A stretch of DNA of 60,043 nt, counting the filler, from Hausera hauseri (taxonomy: Eukaryota), in NCBI GenBank assembly GCA_046269625.1. It is 10 parts of 10 records of this genome, joined end to end, with 100 filler letters (N's around TTAATTAATTAA, not from the genome) between each part and the next. Parts side by side here need not be neighbours in the genome. Positions count along the whole stretch, not along the records: positions 39,616 to 47,445 come from JBJURY010902091.1; positions 47,546 to 52,995 come from JBJURY010252958.1; 8 more parts are not named here. The stretch is one strand, 5' to 3'. Below the pieces are notes generated by a model that was given only the letters and a program-made list of their open reading frames with translations, made no database searches and was not told the DNA's origin. Each line of letters opens with the position of its first letter. The stretch's first letter is position 1. Positions 39,626-49,609 of the stretch are shown here, piece after piece. Position numbers and translations under genes: made by a program.

Positions 39626-40948
39626 ATGTGGGACGGTGAAGGATCACCACAATGGGAAAACCTTATGGGTAAAGATTATCTAAAGAAAGTAACAAGAAAT
39701 GTTATGGAGAAGATGTGGGGAAAATTTCTATATTTTGGACAAGCCGCCTCTGGTTTCCTGGCTATCTATTTCATTATCAGTGCGTTACGAACAATATTTA
39801 CGGCCCTCGGTAAAGCATATGGAATACACGCAGCAGTAGGTTGTTCATGGAAAATACTAATAGCAGTGATACCAGCTGTAGCAAGTTGCTTTTTAGCTAA
39901 CCACGATGCGCGATGGAAGAAAAAAATATTGCAGAAGGGAGCCAATAAAGAATCTTTGTATAGCATACCTGATAATGACGGCCCCGACTATGATCAAGGA
40001 AGGACGAAAACAAAATACAAACAAATACCTAATATTAAACAAATAATGTTGAAGACACGAAAATCAAAATACCGACATAAGCTTGTGACAGATCTACCGC
40101 ATCTGGATCCCATAGACGAATATCATGGTCAACCATATAATGAACAATTTATAGCAAATCCTTCAGCTCCTAGATACGTGGTACATGCGGGATTGTACCC
40201 AATAAATCAAGTATCGCAGATGCGACAAGATTGTGAGGAAGGCGCAAGACCATATAGGCATGAACCAACGTGCAAAACCGACGATAAAGAAGAAAGATCA
40301 TATACAAGACCAGAAGTAGAAATCGAGGTAAACGGATATCCCATGATGGCTCTATTAGATACTGGATCTACCACCACCATAATGGGAAAAAGTCAACTAC
40401 CTAAAGAATTAAGAAAGAAGTTAAGAAGACCGAAAACCACTTTAATAAATGTAGGAGCGTTTGGTACGGAAGAAGAAATAAAGATGGTTCTTGACGCAAA
40501 TATTAAAATCGGTAACCAAACTGTGAAACACACGATAAGAATAGCCGAGAATTTGACAAACGAAATCTTAATCGGGTGTGATATATTAAGTCAATTAGAA
40601 AATGTATACATAGACGTAAAAACCAGCCAGTTGAAAACGTTTGATGAAGATAAAAGTAGAGGAAAGGTCGCGCTAATAAAAGATATCGTAATACCACCCC
40701 GATCTGAGATAATAGTGCCCGGAAAGATAGAAAGTCCAATACTATCAACAGAAGTATGCTTCGAACCATTCGCACAAGTAATGGAAAAGTATGAAATCTT
40801 GATAGCCCCCCATGTAGATAAAGTAAGGGAAGGAAGAATTCATTTGCGAATTTGCAATACAACAAATAAAGAAAGAAGATTACGAAAGAACACAAGATTG
40901 GGCGAAGTGACGACCAGTGAAGGTATAATTAAACAAGAAACAGGCTAA
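39626..40948 (+). CDS. polyprotein part 1: chuvirus-glycoprotein-like membrane-anchor region, aspartic protease, degenerate dUTPase-like beta domain (5' truncated by contig start)
   Basis: WGKFLYFGQAASGFLAIYF..AYGIHAAVGCSWKILIA; LLDTGS and ILIGCDIL; IVIPPRSEIIV..RICN. Confidence 0.75.
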   Translation: MWDGEGSPQWENLMGKDYLKKVTRNVMEKMWGKFLYFGQAASGFLAIYFIISALRTIFTALGKAYGIHAAVGCSWKILIAVIPAVASCFLANHDARWKKKILQKGANKESLYSIPDNDGPDYDQGRTKTKYKQIPNIKQIMLKTRKSKYRHKLVTDLPHLDPIDEYHGQPYNEQFIANPSAPRYVVHAGLYPINQVSQMRQDCEEGARPYRHEPTCKTDDKEERSYTRPEVEIEVNGYPMMALLDTGSTTTIMGKSQLPKELRKKLRRPKTTLINVGAFGTEEEIKMVLDANIKIGNQTVKHTIRIAENLTNEILIGCDILSQLENVYIDVKTSQLKTFDEDKSRGKVALIKDIVIPPRSEIIVPGKIESPILSTEVCFEPFAQVMEKYEILIAPHVDKVREGRIHLRICNTTNKERRLRKNTRLGEVTTSEGIIKQETG

Positions 40949-40981
40949 ACGGTATCTGATATAGATAAAATAGAAAAATTA

Positions 40982-43447
40982 ATGAAAGAAAAGTTAAAAG
41001 GAGAACCGAGTAAAAATATAAAGAAGGTTAAAACAACTAATATTAATTGGCACGAGAAGTTACAGAATTGTCAAATTTTAACACAAGAAGAAAAGAAGAC
41101 GCTAATAGAATTATTACAAAAGAATAATGCCCGGTTTGCCCAAAATGACTATGATTTAGGTACAATGAACGCGATACAACATACTATTAAATTGAAAGAA
41201 GGACAGGATAACCCAATCAAAAAGAGACCATATCGATTAGCATACGATAAAAAACAAGAGGCGCGAAAAATAATAAAGGAAATGAGAGAAAACAAGATTA
41301 TTCGACCAAGCTGTTCCCCTTGGACGGCTCCTGTAGTAATGGTCAAGAAAAAAGACGGAACTATGAGATTCTGCATAGATTATCGGGCATTAAACGAAAT
41401 TACTGAAACGGATACGTACCCATTGCTCAGGATTGATGAAATATTAGACAGACTCCACGGATCGACTATATTCTCAACCATAGATTTGCAAAAAGGCTAT
41501 TGGCAAGTGGAAGTGAAGGAAGAGGACAAACCAAAAACAGCTTTCTCAATTGGAGAAGGATTATGGGAAATTAACAGGATGCCATTTGGGCTGAAGAACG
41601 GACCACCAACATTTCAGAGAGGAACAGAACTTCTATTGTTGGACGCTCCACATGCTATGGTGTATATTGATGATGTAATAATAGCATCACCAAATTTCCA
41701 ACAACATTTGAAAGATCTGCAAGATCTCTTTGACATATGTGAGATCATGGGTTTGAAGATAAATTCGAAGAAATGTTCTTTTGCCCAGACAGAAGTAGAC
41801 TTTTTGGGACATAGAGTAGACAGATATGGTGTAAAACCACAGGATAAACTATTGGGAAAAATAAAAGATTTTCCAAGGCTGACAACAGTTAGAGAACTAC
41901 GCCGATTCTTAGGCTTGGCCAACTATTATCGGAGATTTATAAAGGATTTTAGTAAAATCGCAAAACCTCTATATGAGCTATTACGTGAAGATCTAGATAC
42001 GGTAATTTGGACCACCGACTGTCAAAAAGAATTTGAATACTTGAAAGAAAGACTAGTAACTGCTCCGATATTGATCTACCCGGATATGAACAAACCATTC
42101 ATAGTAGCCACAGATGCAAGCGATTATGGAGTTGGAGCAGTGCTATCACAAAAGGGTGAAGACGGTAAGGAACACCCAGTAGCCTATGCATCACGAAAAC
42201 TCAACAAGCATCAAAAGAAATACGCCGTGATTGAGAAGGAACTGTTGGCAGTAATATTTGCGCTAGAAGTATTTTCACCGTATATTAGTGAAAATAAACC
42301 ACTATTAATATACACGGATCATCGACCATTACAGTGGTTGAAGCAACACGAAAATCCGAATAGCCGATTGTTACGATGGGCTCTTAAATTACAACCTTAC
42401 ACATTAAATTTCCAGTATAAACCTGGAACGAGAAATGCCAATGCAGATTATCTATCCCGAATGACAGAAAATCCAAAGGTAAAGAAAGAAGTAATAGCAG
42501 CCGTCTGGAGTATGGACGGATCAGTAGAAAAGATTAAACAAAACCAACAGGAAGACTCCGAAATAAAAGTAATAAAAAATTTTATAACGAATAAAGTATT
42601 GCCAGAAGATAAAGAATTAGCTAGACACTTAGCACGATTCGGTGAAGCATATGAAGAAAAAGATGGATTTTTATATTATATCCACCAAGACGGACCAGCA
42701 TTGGTGATCCCAAGGAAAAATAGAACGGTTTTATTAACACAATATCATGATGGATTACTCGGCGGGCATCAATCAACCAGGAAGACACTCAGTAAGCTGA
42801 AACGAAAGTATTTCTGGCCTACAATGATGAAGGATGTACAAGAATGGTGTGAAAGTTGCAAGCTTTGTGCCACACGTAAAAATACTGGATCGAAATTTAA
42901 AGCGCCGCTAAAGGTATGGGACAATCCCCCAGCACCATTCGAATTTACGGCAATGGATATAACAGGGCCACTACCATTAACCCGAAATGGAAACCGATAC
43001 ATTTTAGTCTTTATTGATTACTTTACTAAATGGGTTGTAGCCATACCAATGGCAGACATGAAGGCAGAGACAATTGCTGAAAAGTTCGTGGAAAATGTAG
43101 TGTTTAATTACGGAGCCCCGAGGATTATTCTAACTGACCAAGCCTCCAATCTAACTGGAACTGTAATGCAGTCCATATACGATATTTTAAAGATACTAAA
43201 GCTACGCTCTACACCAGGACATCCAGAAAATAATGGATTAGTTGAGAGGTATATTGGAGATTTGAAAGGAAAACTGCAAACAGTAGTTAATACCAGACAA
43301 GACGATTGGGACGAGTATGTCAATGCATGCGTATTCGTAAATCAAACGTCAGTTCACGAAGCCACTAAAGAAACACCCTTTTATCTTATGTATTTACGGG
43401 ATGCAAGATTACCCATCGACTTGGATTTTAATGTGAGACCTGTCTAA
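40982..43447 (+). CDS. pol: Pol: reverse transcriptase, RNase H, integrase core
   Basis: CIDYRALN, MPFGL, VYIDD, ATDAS, YH..GGH..CESC.LC, MDITGP/TDQA/LVER triad intact. Confidence 0.95.
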   Translation: MKEKLKGEPSKNIKKVKTTNINWHEKLQNCQILTQEEKKTLIELLQKNNARFAQNDYDLGTMNAIQHTIKLKEGQDNPIKKRPYRLAYDKKQEARKIIKEMRENKIIRPSCSPWTAPVVMVKKKDGTMRFCIDYRALNEITETDTYPLLRIDEILDRLHGSTIFSTIDLQKGYWQVEVKEEDKPKTAFSIGEGLWEINRMPFGLKNGPPTFQRGTELLLLDAPHAMVYIDDVIIASPNFQQHLKDLQDLFDICEIMGLKINSKKCSFAQTEVDFLGHRVDRYGVKPQDKLLGKIKDFPRLTTVRELRRFLGLANYYRRFIKDFSKIAKPLYELLREDLDTVIWTTDCQKEFEYLKERLVTAPILIYPDMNKPFIVATDASDYGVGAVLSQKGEDGKEHPVAYASRKLNKHQKKYAVIEKELLAVIFALEVFSPYISENKPLLIYTDHRPLQWLKQHENPNSRLLRWALKLQPYTLNFQYKPGTRNANADYLSRMTENPKVKKEVIAAVWSMDGSVEKIKQNQQEDSEIKVIKNFITNKVLPEDKELARHLARFGEAYEEKDGFLYYIHQDGPALVIPRKNRTVLLTQYHDGLLGGHQSTRKTLSKLKRKYFWPTMMKDVQEWCESCKLCATRKNTGSKFKAPLKVWDNPPAPFEFTAMDITGPLPLTRNGNRYILVFIDYFTKWVVAIPMADMKAETIAEKFVENVVFNYGAPRIILTDQASNLTGTVMQSIYDILKILKLRSTPGHPENNGLVERYIGDLKGKLQTVVNTRQDDWDEYVNACVFVNQTSVHEATKETPFYLMYLRDARLPIDLDFNVRPV

Positions 43448-43606
43448 CATTTAATGGAGGTGCAGGACTATAAACAATTAATTTAAAAACGTCTTCAGTT
43501 AGCCTACAAAACGATTTGTGGAAATCAAGAGGAGTATAAATCCAAATACAAGAAATACTACGATAAGAAGACCAAACAGCCAAAAATTAAAGTAGGTGAT
43601 CAAGTA

Positions 43607-45241
43607 ATGTTATACTCACCAGCAATAAAAAAGGGTAAAACCTCTAAACTGGATAGACCTTACAAAGGTCCATACGAAGTAGAGAAGGTAAGCCTGCCAA
43701 ACATATGTTTGAAGAAGAATAATACGTCGGTAAAGGTCCATATTAATAGATGCAAACCGGCAGCTCGAAGAAGTGAGTTAAGGAAAGGTGAAAAAGAAAT
43801 GGTACTAAGTATAAGAGAGATAAGACAAGAAAAATCTACTTATAAAATGTATTGGACAGTAAAAAGTCTATTGTTAACTATCATCCTCGTATTACCCCAG
43901 ATAGCCGGACAGATGACAGAGCAAGAAATTGAACGAGCAAAGGTACGACATGCGGCGGCCATAAACGAGGATCTATGGTTAAAAAGTTTGAAATATCAAA
44001 TAACGTATTCTATGAAAGGCCAAAAATGTATTCACTGGTATGCCACAAGACGAATGTCTAGCGAGTATATTATAAGGATACGAACAACCCCAATCTACGG
44101 TTATGAGAGGAACTCTGATGAGCGAAATAATGATTGTATATTACGGTCATCCATAAATGAAAGAATATGTCCAATAGATACCTCAGGAACACACGAAGTG
44201 CATCTTACCCTCATGAAGAAGCAAGGAGACTACTATCATAGTCTATATACAAAGTTTCACAGGTATATTCGAGTCCCAAATAGACATGAAATGAACGAAA
44301 CACTACTCGACGAAATAATACTCAGACAGGTAAAGATAAGACCAATGGGATTTAAAAGTGGACGAAGTTGCCTGGAAATTAGGAGCTTGATAGAATTAGA
44401 ATACATTCGATGGATAACAATATCCATAAAAGAAACAGGAAGACGAAAATTGTCCAAATGCAGAATAACAGTAGACCAACAACAAGTTTGCTGCAATGTA
44501 ACAAGAGGCAGAATATACGAGGTTAAATATACTTTATCACGAAAGGAATACGGAAAACTGAGAAATAAAACGCACAGAAAGGGACCAACGATGTATATAC
44601 TATATAAAAATCAGAAAGAATATAACGATATACCCGAAAAAATAGCGCCCTCTGTACAGCCCTCGACTGATAAAATGGAAAGGACTATTCTAGTTAAACC
44701 CTACACATCATACTATCGGGCAAAACGATCTATATGGGAGAATGTTACTATAATAGCAGCCCCGTCTGCGTTAATCATTTCAGTCAGACCAGACTTAGAT
44801 TTTGTAAAAATCAAATTCAGTTGCAAGAAACAAGATATAGTGGTAGCTAAAGGAATCATAACCCCGGATGATTTGGTAGTACCATGTGCAGCCTTAGATC
44901 CAAACACCCGATATACAATAATTTTACAGTTGTTAGACGATAAAGACAAAGTAACATCTACTAAAATAATGACAGCAATCACGAAAGTAAAATATGACAT
45001 AACCGTATTTCATAGGACCAAAACGATTAACCATAAGATAACACTTGAACTCACCCGAACAGTGTATGCACACTCACGGTTAGAAATAATATGTATAGGA
45101 ACAATAACCCCCGTTATATTGGTAATCATAATAACAGTAGCAAGTAGATTCGCATGCAGGCGACTCAAAAATAGAAGGAGCTGGGTCAGAATCGATATGC
45201 GTAATCTAACGAACCCGTTAGATACCGACAATCCCAGCTGA
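43607..45241 (+). CDS. integrase C-terminus (GPY) in frame with accessory type-I membrane protein (ORF-A), copy 2
   Basis: YKGPYEV..VHINRCK, then signal-like MYWTVKSLLLTIILVLPQIAG, Cys-patterned domains, RAKR, FN3-like LDPNTRYTI, TM IICIGTITPVILVIIITVA, basic tail. Confidence 0.8.
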   Translation: MLYSPAIKKGKTSKLDRPYKGPYEVEKVSLPNICLKKNNTSVKVHINRCKPAARRSELRKGEKEMVLSIREIRQEKSTYKMYWTVKSLLLTIILVLPQIAGQMTEQEIERAKVRHAAAINEDLWLKSLKYQITYSMKGQKCIHWYATRRMSSEYIIRIRTTPIYGYERNSDERNNDCILRSSINERICPIDTSGTHEVHLTLMKKQGDYYHSLYTKFHRYIRVPNRHEMNETLLDEIILRQVKIRPMGFKSGRSCLEIRSLIELEYIRWITISIKETGRRKLSKCRITVDQQQVCCNVTRGRIYEVKYTLSRKEYGKLRNKTHRKGPTMYILYKNQKEYNDIPEKIAPSVQPSTDKMERTILVKPYTSYYRAKRSIWENVTIIAAPSALIISVRPDLDFVKIKFSCKKQDIVVAKGIITPDDLVVPCAALDPNTRYTIILQLLDDKDKVTSTKIMTAITKVKYDITVFHRTKTINHKITLELTRTVYAHSRLEIICIGTITPVILVIIITVASRFACRRLKNRRSWVRIDMRNLTNPLDTDNPS

Positions 45242-45352
45242 CGATTATGGTTAGGGATTGCAATAGAGGCAACCCCAAGTAAAAAGATAACTAAACGACA
45301 TCAAGTTATCTTACTCGCTAAAAATAACAATAAAACCACAACGATTACCTAT

Positions 45353-46675
45353 TTGGTATGTTTGATAACCGTTGTGTTGTGTATAAGTATCATGATAAAC
45401 GACCCATTAACTTTTATATTTACAGTCGCAGCAGCAACCTTCCATCAAATCCAGAATATTCATCGATCAAAGCATTGGTATGGTAACGCCAAAACCCACA
45501 TTATTAACGCCAGTCCTGCCAGTCAATACTATGTCTCCCATAATGACAATATGACCAGCTTGAATTATCCCCAGACACCGCAGATACCGAATAATTTGAA
45601 AGGTTATAGTATGGCCAATCGATCTCTGGCCTTGATGCAAATAACTAAAGCTACTTCGTTCCTCCTAACAGATATTATAATTCTACCTGATCGTTTTCAC
45701 TCAATGGGTGTGTACAGTATTGTAGGGCAAATCCAAATCAAGACAACGGACAGAAAAACTTCTATCAAAGGCGATCTAATAAATTTAGACTCAGAACATG
45801 GACTTGCTTTCGACTTCTCATTCCTAAAAGATAATACATTCAAGATTCGTTCTTGTACCAATAGGGTGATCCTAGCACTGGAAATAATAAAAAACGAAAA
45901 ATTCTATCCCAGTCTTCCTGAAGGTAAATGTTTTCACTTGCCGGAGCCCGATTACGTCAAATACAGAACTATTCCTTATCGCAGAATAGAAAAAGTTTCT
46001 GATAACGATATGGTCGTAGTAGCCGTCAATCTGGCCTGCGACCAATGGAATCAACTTCAGCTAACTGAAGCCTCAGTCTTAAATCTTAACGGTGACACAT
46101 TATTCTATGGCATTATTACCCCGAGACAACGTATCAATAATTTTGATACACACATAACAGGTCTCACAGAATTGAATATCAATAACCAAACCGATCCAAC
46201 GGATTTCTATCGGAAGGTGACCGAAGTTATCACAGATAGAATAGTAATTGGAGCCGACGTGGTAGAGATGGTGATAAACCATCTCAAATGCCCCATCCGA
46301 CGGATTGCAGGAGTACGTGATATTTTATGTCACGAGGACGTCATCCGCCGGTACCAACTATCAACAAACACCTACAAAGAATTAGCCCGCAAATTTTATG
46401 ATACAAAGGGCTTCACTCTCAGAAGTACTGCGTTAGCTCAATGCTACCAGTCAATATACAAACAGCTAAAGTGGACGGATGAATACATTGCCCAGAGCGC
46501 GGCCTCCAATCAGGTGCGAACAACACCAACTACATCTCAAGGTGGAAGAAAACGAAGAATCCAGTTGGACGAAACACTAGTACTAGACGATGAAGTATAT
46601 GAGCCTGAGGCAATTCGATACAAGTCAAGAACCTCTGGCAAATATATGCATGTACCCATAACGTTGGACCAGTAA
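45353..46675 (+). CDS. accessory ORF-B, copy 2: DEDDh-exonuclease-like domain with substituted catalytic residues (true start probably via splicing at 45425)
   Basis: VVAVNLA..LTEASVLNLNG..LFYGIITP..INNFDTHITGLT..IVIGA..VRDI. Confidence 0.72.
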   Translation: MVCLITVVLCISIMINDPLTFIFTVAAATFHQIQNIHRSKHWYGNAKTHIINASPASQYYVSHNDNMTSLNYPQTPQIPNNLKGYSMANRSLALMQITKATSFLLTDIIILPDRFHSMGVYSIVGQIQIKTTDRKTSIKGDLINLDSEHGLAFDFSFLKDNTFKIRSCTNRVILALEIIKNEKFYPSLPEGKCFHLPEPDYVKYRTIPYRRIEKVSDNDMVVVAVNLACDQWNQLQLTEASVLNLNGDTLFYGIITPRQRINNFDTHITGLTELNINNQTDPTDFYRKVTEVITDRIVIGADVVEMVINHLKCPIRRIAGVRDILCHEDVIRRYQLSTNTYKELARKFYDTKGFTLRSTALAQCYQSIYKQLKWTDEYIAQSAASNQVRTTPTTSQGGRKRRIQLDETLVLDDEVYEPEAIRYKSRTSGKYMHVPITLDQ

Positions 46676-47545
46676 TAAATTGAGGACAATTTCTCAAAAC
46701 CCCCGTCGAGTTGTTAACGAACTTTACAATTGAATAACGAAATTCGAAATTTATTGTTGACATTGTTGACATTGCGAACCTTGAAATTAACTATTTACAC
46801 GACGAATTATTTAACTACTATTGAAATGATCTATGATCAAATAATATCATCGTGTCATTTACGTGATCATCAAATTTATACCTTTGTGCCATTTGCATGA
46901 TTTGTGGAATTTTCTAAATGTTTTATGAAATTTTGATTATACTACATGTATTATTCCTACGCATCATGGAATTTTTATCATGATAATACCATATGAAGAC
47001 AAGTATATAAAGAACGATTTATGGTACACAATTCACAATTATTTACGACTATTTACAATTGTTTTTTTGATCATGTCGTCACGTAAGTTTTGTGGTTCAA
47101 TGTATGTTCTGTTTGCTAAATTGGTCGTTTTATATGTATTGTTAAAATAGAGTTATCGTATAATAATATTTGTTGAATTTTGTTTTATAAATAAACTCAA
47201 TAACTAATTAACCTTAAGTAAAAGTGGCAGAATCTCCGACCAGGTAAAAGCGACCTGACGGAGGCCTCAATAAAATTTAAGTAAAAACATAAGATAATAA
47301 TCAGTAAGTGAGTAAAGCAGTACCTAATTTCTCATACCCCTCTTGTAACACATTACCTACTTATACTTAGGTAAGATTAGCCTTACATCAGCTCTCCCAA
47401 CGATAACGTATACTTTGTTCAATATTCTGTAAAAATAAATAAATANNNNNNNNNNNNNNNNNNNNNNNNNNNNNNNNNNNNNNNNNNNNTTAATTAATTA
47501 ANNNNNNNNNNNNNNNNNNNNNNNNNNNNNNNNNNNNNNNNNNNN

Positions 47546-48945
47546 ATGATGATAATAATGACGATGCACTCCCACCAAATGATTTCAGAACAATCGATAT
47601 ATATCCGAACTTCGATGATATAAAAATGACAGAATCATGTGACGTTTTTCTACGTAGAAGCAGAATTACCGGATCTTATCGATCTGTTGATGATTACTTA
47701 GATGTACAATTTCGACTTATGAAAGAGGATTTTGTTCAACCTTTTAGAGAAGGATTGAAAATGTTTGATAGTGATCGTTGTAAGAACAGGGTCGACGTTC
47801 GAGTCTATGAGGGTGTTAGATTATTGCGATGCTTGCCATTTGATCGAGAGGGCATTATTTACTACTTAAAATTTCGAACATCGAATCTTACAAATGTAAA
47901 CTGGCGTCAAACAAAACGTTTTATCTATGGTTCTTTCTTGTGTTTATCAAAGACTTTCCGAACTTTATTGTTTGCAACTGTAGCTTATAGTGATATGAAT
48001 GAGTTGGAAGAAGGTGAGGTAGCTGTAAAGTTTCATAACTCAGAACCGGAATATGGTGTCCATTACACACTGATTGAGCCCATCACCATGTTTGAAAGCT
48101 ACCGCCACGTTTTGCAGAAATTAAAGGACACAAATAATACGAATTTATGTTTACAAAACTATCTCATCTTTCCAAATTCATCCAGTCCTGTTCAATCTCC
48201 AAAATATTTGCTTGAGAATCCAACACTAACATTTTTGATCGGTGAAACTAGTCTCTCTCTCTCCATTGAATTCCGAAGCAGTTTGGCCTAATCTATCCAG
48301 TCTTGGACTGGACGAATCCCAGTTTCGTGCCTTTAAAACAGCTATAACGAAAGAAATATCGATTATTCAAGGTCCTCCTGGGACTGGAAAAATCCACGTT
48401 GGATTTAAAATTTGTAAATGTCTTTTGGAAAATGTCCAACGAAAGTTACCAAATTTCGGACCCATTTTAGTCGTATGTCATTCTAATCACGCCTTGGACC
48501 TTTTTCTTAAAGGAATTTGTGATGTGACCAACAAAATAGTTCGAGTTGGTAGCCAAAGTAAACCGGAAAAATCCGAATGTTTTCATTGTTACAATACAAA
48601 AAACGTGCTGATTTAACGGATTTTATGGAAACTAAAAGTAAAATGTTGAGCGAACTGAGATAGAAACCGATCTTTTGCATGCGCATACAAAGATAGAAAT
48701 CGCCGAGTTAATTCGACCGATTTACGATCGCCTTGACAACCATGAAATGGTTTTGAAATATGACAACTTTCAGTCGATGGATACGAATTTATACTTTTTC
48801 CATCATACAAATCCGGAAAATTCGTGTTATGATAGTTTTAGTTATTCAAATCAATTCGAGATGGAATTCGTGCTAGAATTCTGTAAACATCTTATTAAAT
48901 CCTGCACTGATGGTTCGAAAATCACGATTTTGACGCGTATATTCA
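47546..48945 (+). pseudogene. ZNFX1: ZNFX1-like SF1 (UPF1-like) helicase fragment, frameshifted and internally deleted
   Basis: PPNDFRTIDIYP, YLDVQFRLMKEDF, NWRQTKRFIYGSFLCLS, LDESQ..IIQGPPGTGK, VVCHSNHALD. Confidence 0.85.
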
Positions 48946-49609
48946 TGGGGTTGCGCAATGTCGTATTGTTGCTTTGGGCTACTGATCAAAAACGATTTGT
49001 CAATGAACGGCTGCTACAGAAATGTTTTTTAGTTCATGGCTTGGTTAGAGTAGCCCTTTTGACATAAATTGTACCGGATTCCCTTAGGATTTATGGAATT
49101 CATGGTTATATTAATTATGGTTTCACCAATTACCCGGTTGATGTCTTCTGTAATCAGCCAAAAAATTTGTTCTCGTTGGAGCTAATTTGTCTGATATTGC
49201 TGCTGCTCCGCATTTGAATAGCTTACGGGCTAGTGTAACGATTTTAGAAGAGAGTGCACCAGTGAAAGAAGCTGGAAAGTTGATACCGATGAAATTGAAA
49301 AGGTTCGAATTGGTTTCATCGGATAATCATACGTTGTCCCACCAAATGATTTGGTTCTTATCGGCAATACTCAGATTTTTACGGGATAATACCGTGTTGA
49401 AAATACTTCTCGACGAATTCGGAAACCAAATTATCACTTTCGAATGTAAATCGATTGATGATGTATTTATATTTTCTGTAAATTTTTCCAAATTTCCAGT
49501 ACCCGACGATAACAAATTTCGTGCGAGATATTTAATAAACAGATTACCGACTTATTATACGCTCACCTATTTAACACTACGTTTCTATTTATTAAAATTT
49601 GCATGTGCT

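Larger units (their letters stand above)
39616..46675 (+). mobile_element. complex Ty3/gypsy element, copy 2 (best preserved): env-like C-terminus, PR, RT, RNaseH, IN, membrane ORF-A, exonuclease-like ORF-B
   Basis: ORFs starting at 39626, 40982, 43607 and 45353 share one reading frame, separated only by point stops (40946, 43445, 43484, 45239). Confidence 0.93.

Noticed and set aside
40946-40948. Programmed stop-codon readthrough between PR and RT
   Set aside because: No recognisable readthrough context, and two similar TAAs interrupt the integrase. Point mutation (e.g. CAA to TAA) is simpler, though untested.
45239-45425. ORF-B as part of the same giant polyprotein, with an extra TM at its start
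   Set aside because: Although in frame, the TGA at 45239 matches the ORF-A stop in copy 3, and the hydrophobic stretch overlaps the conserved splice-acceptor-like motif. Probably intron read-through.
39766-46772. Antisense ORFs within copy 2 and other short six-frame ORFs
   Set aside because: Shadows of the coding strand or AT-rich chance ORFs with no motifs.
46676-47445. RING remnant or 3' LTR for copy 2
   Set aside because: Scattered cysteines and a TGTAAC at ~47344, but no convincing RING spacing or PPT.
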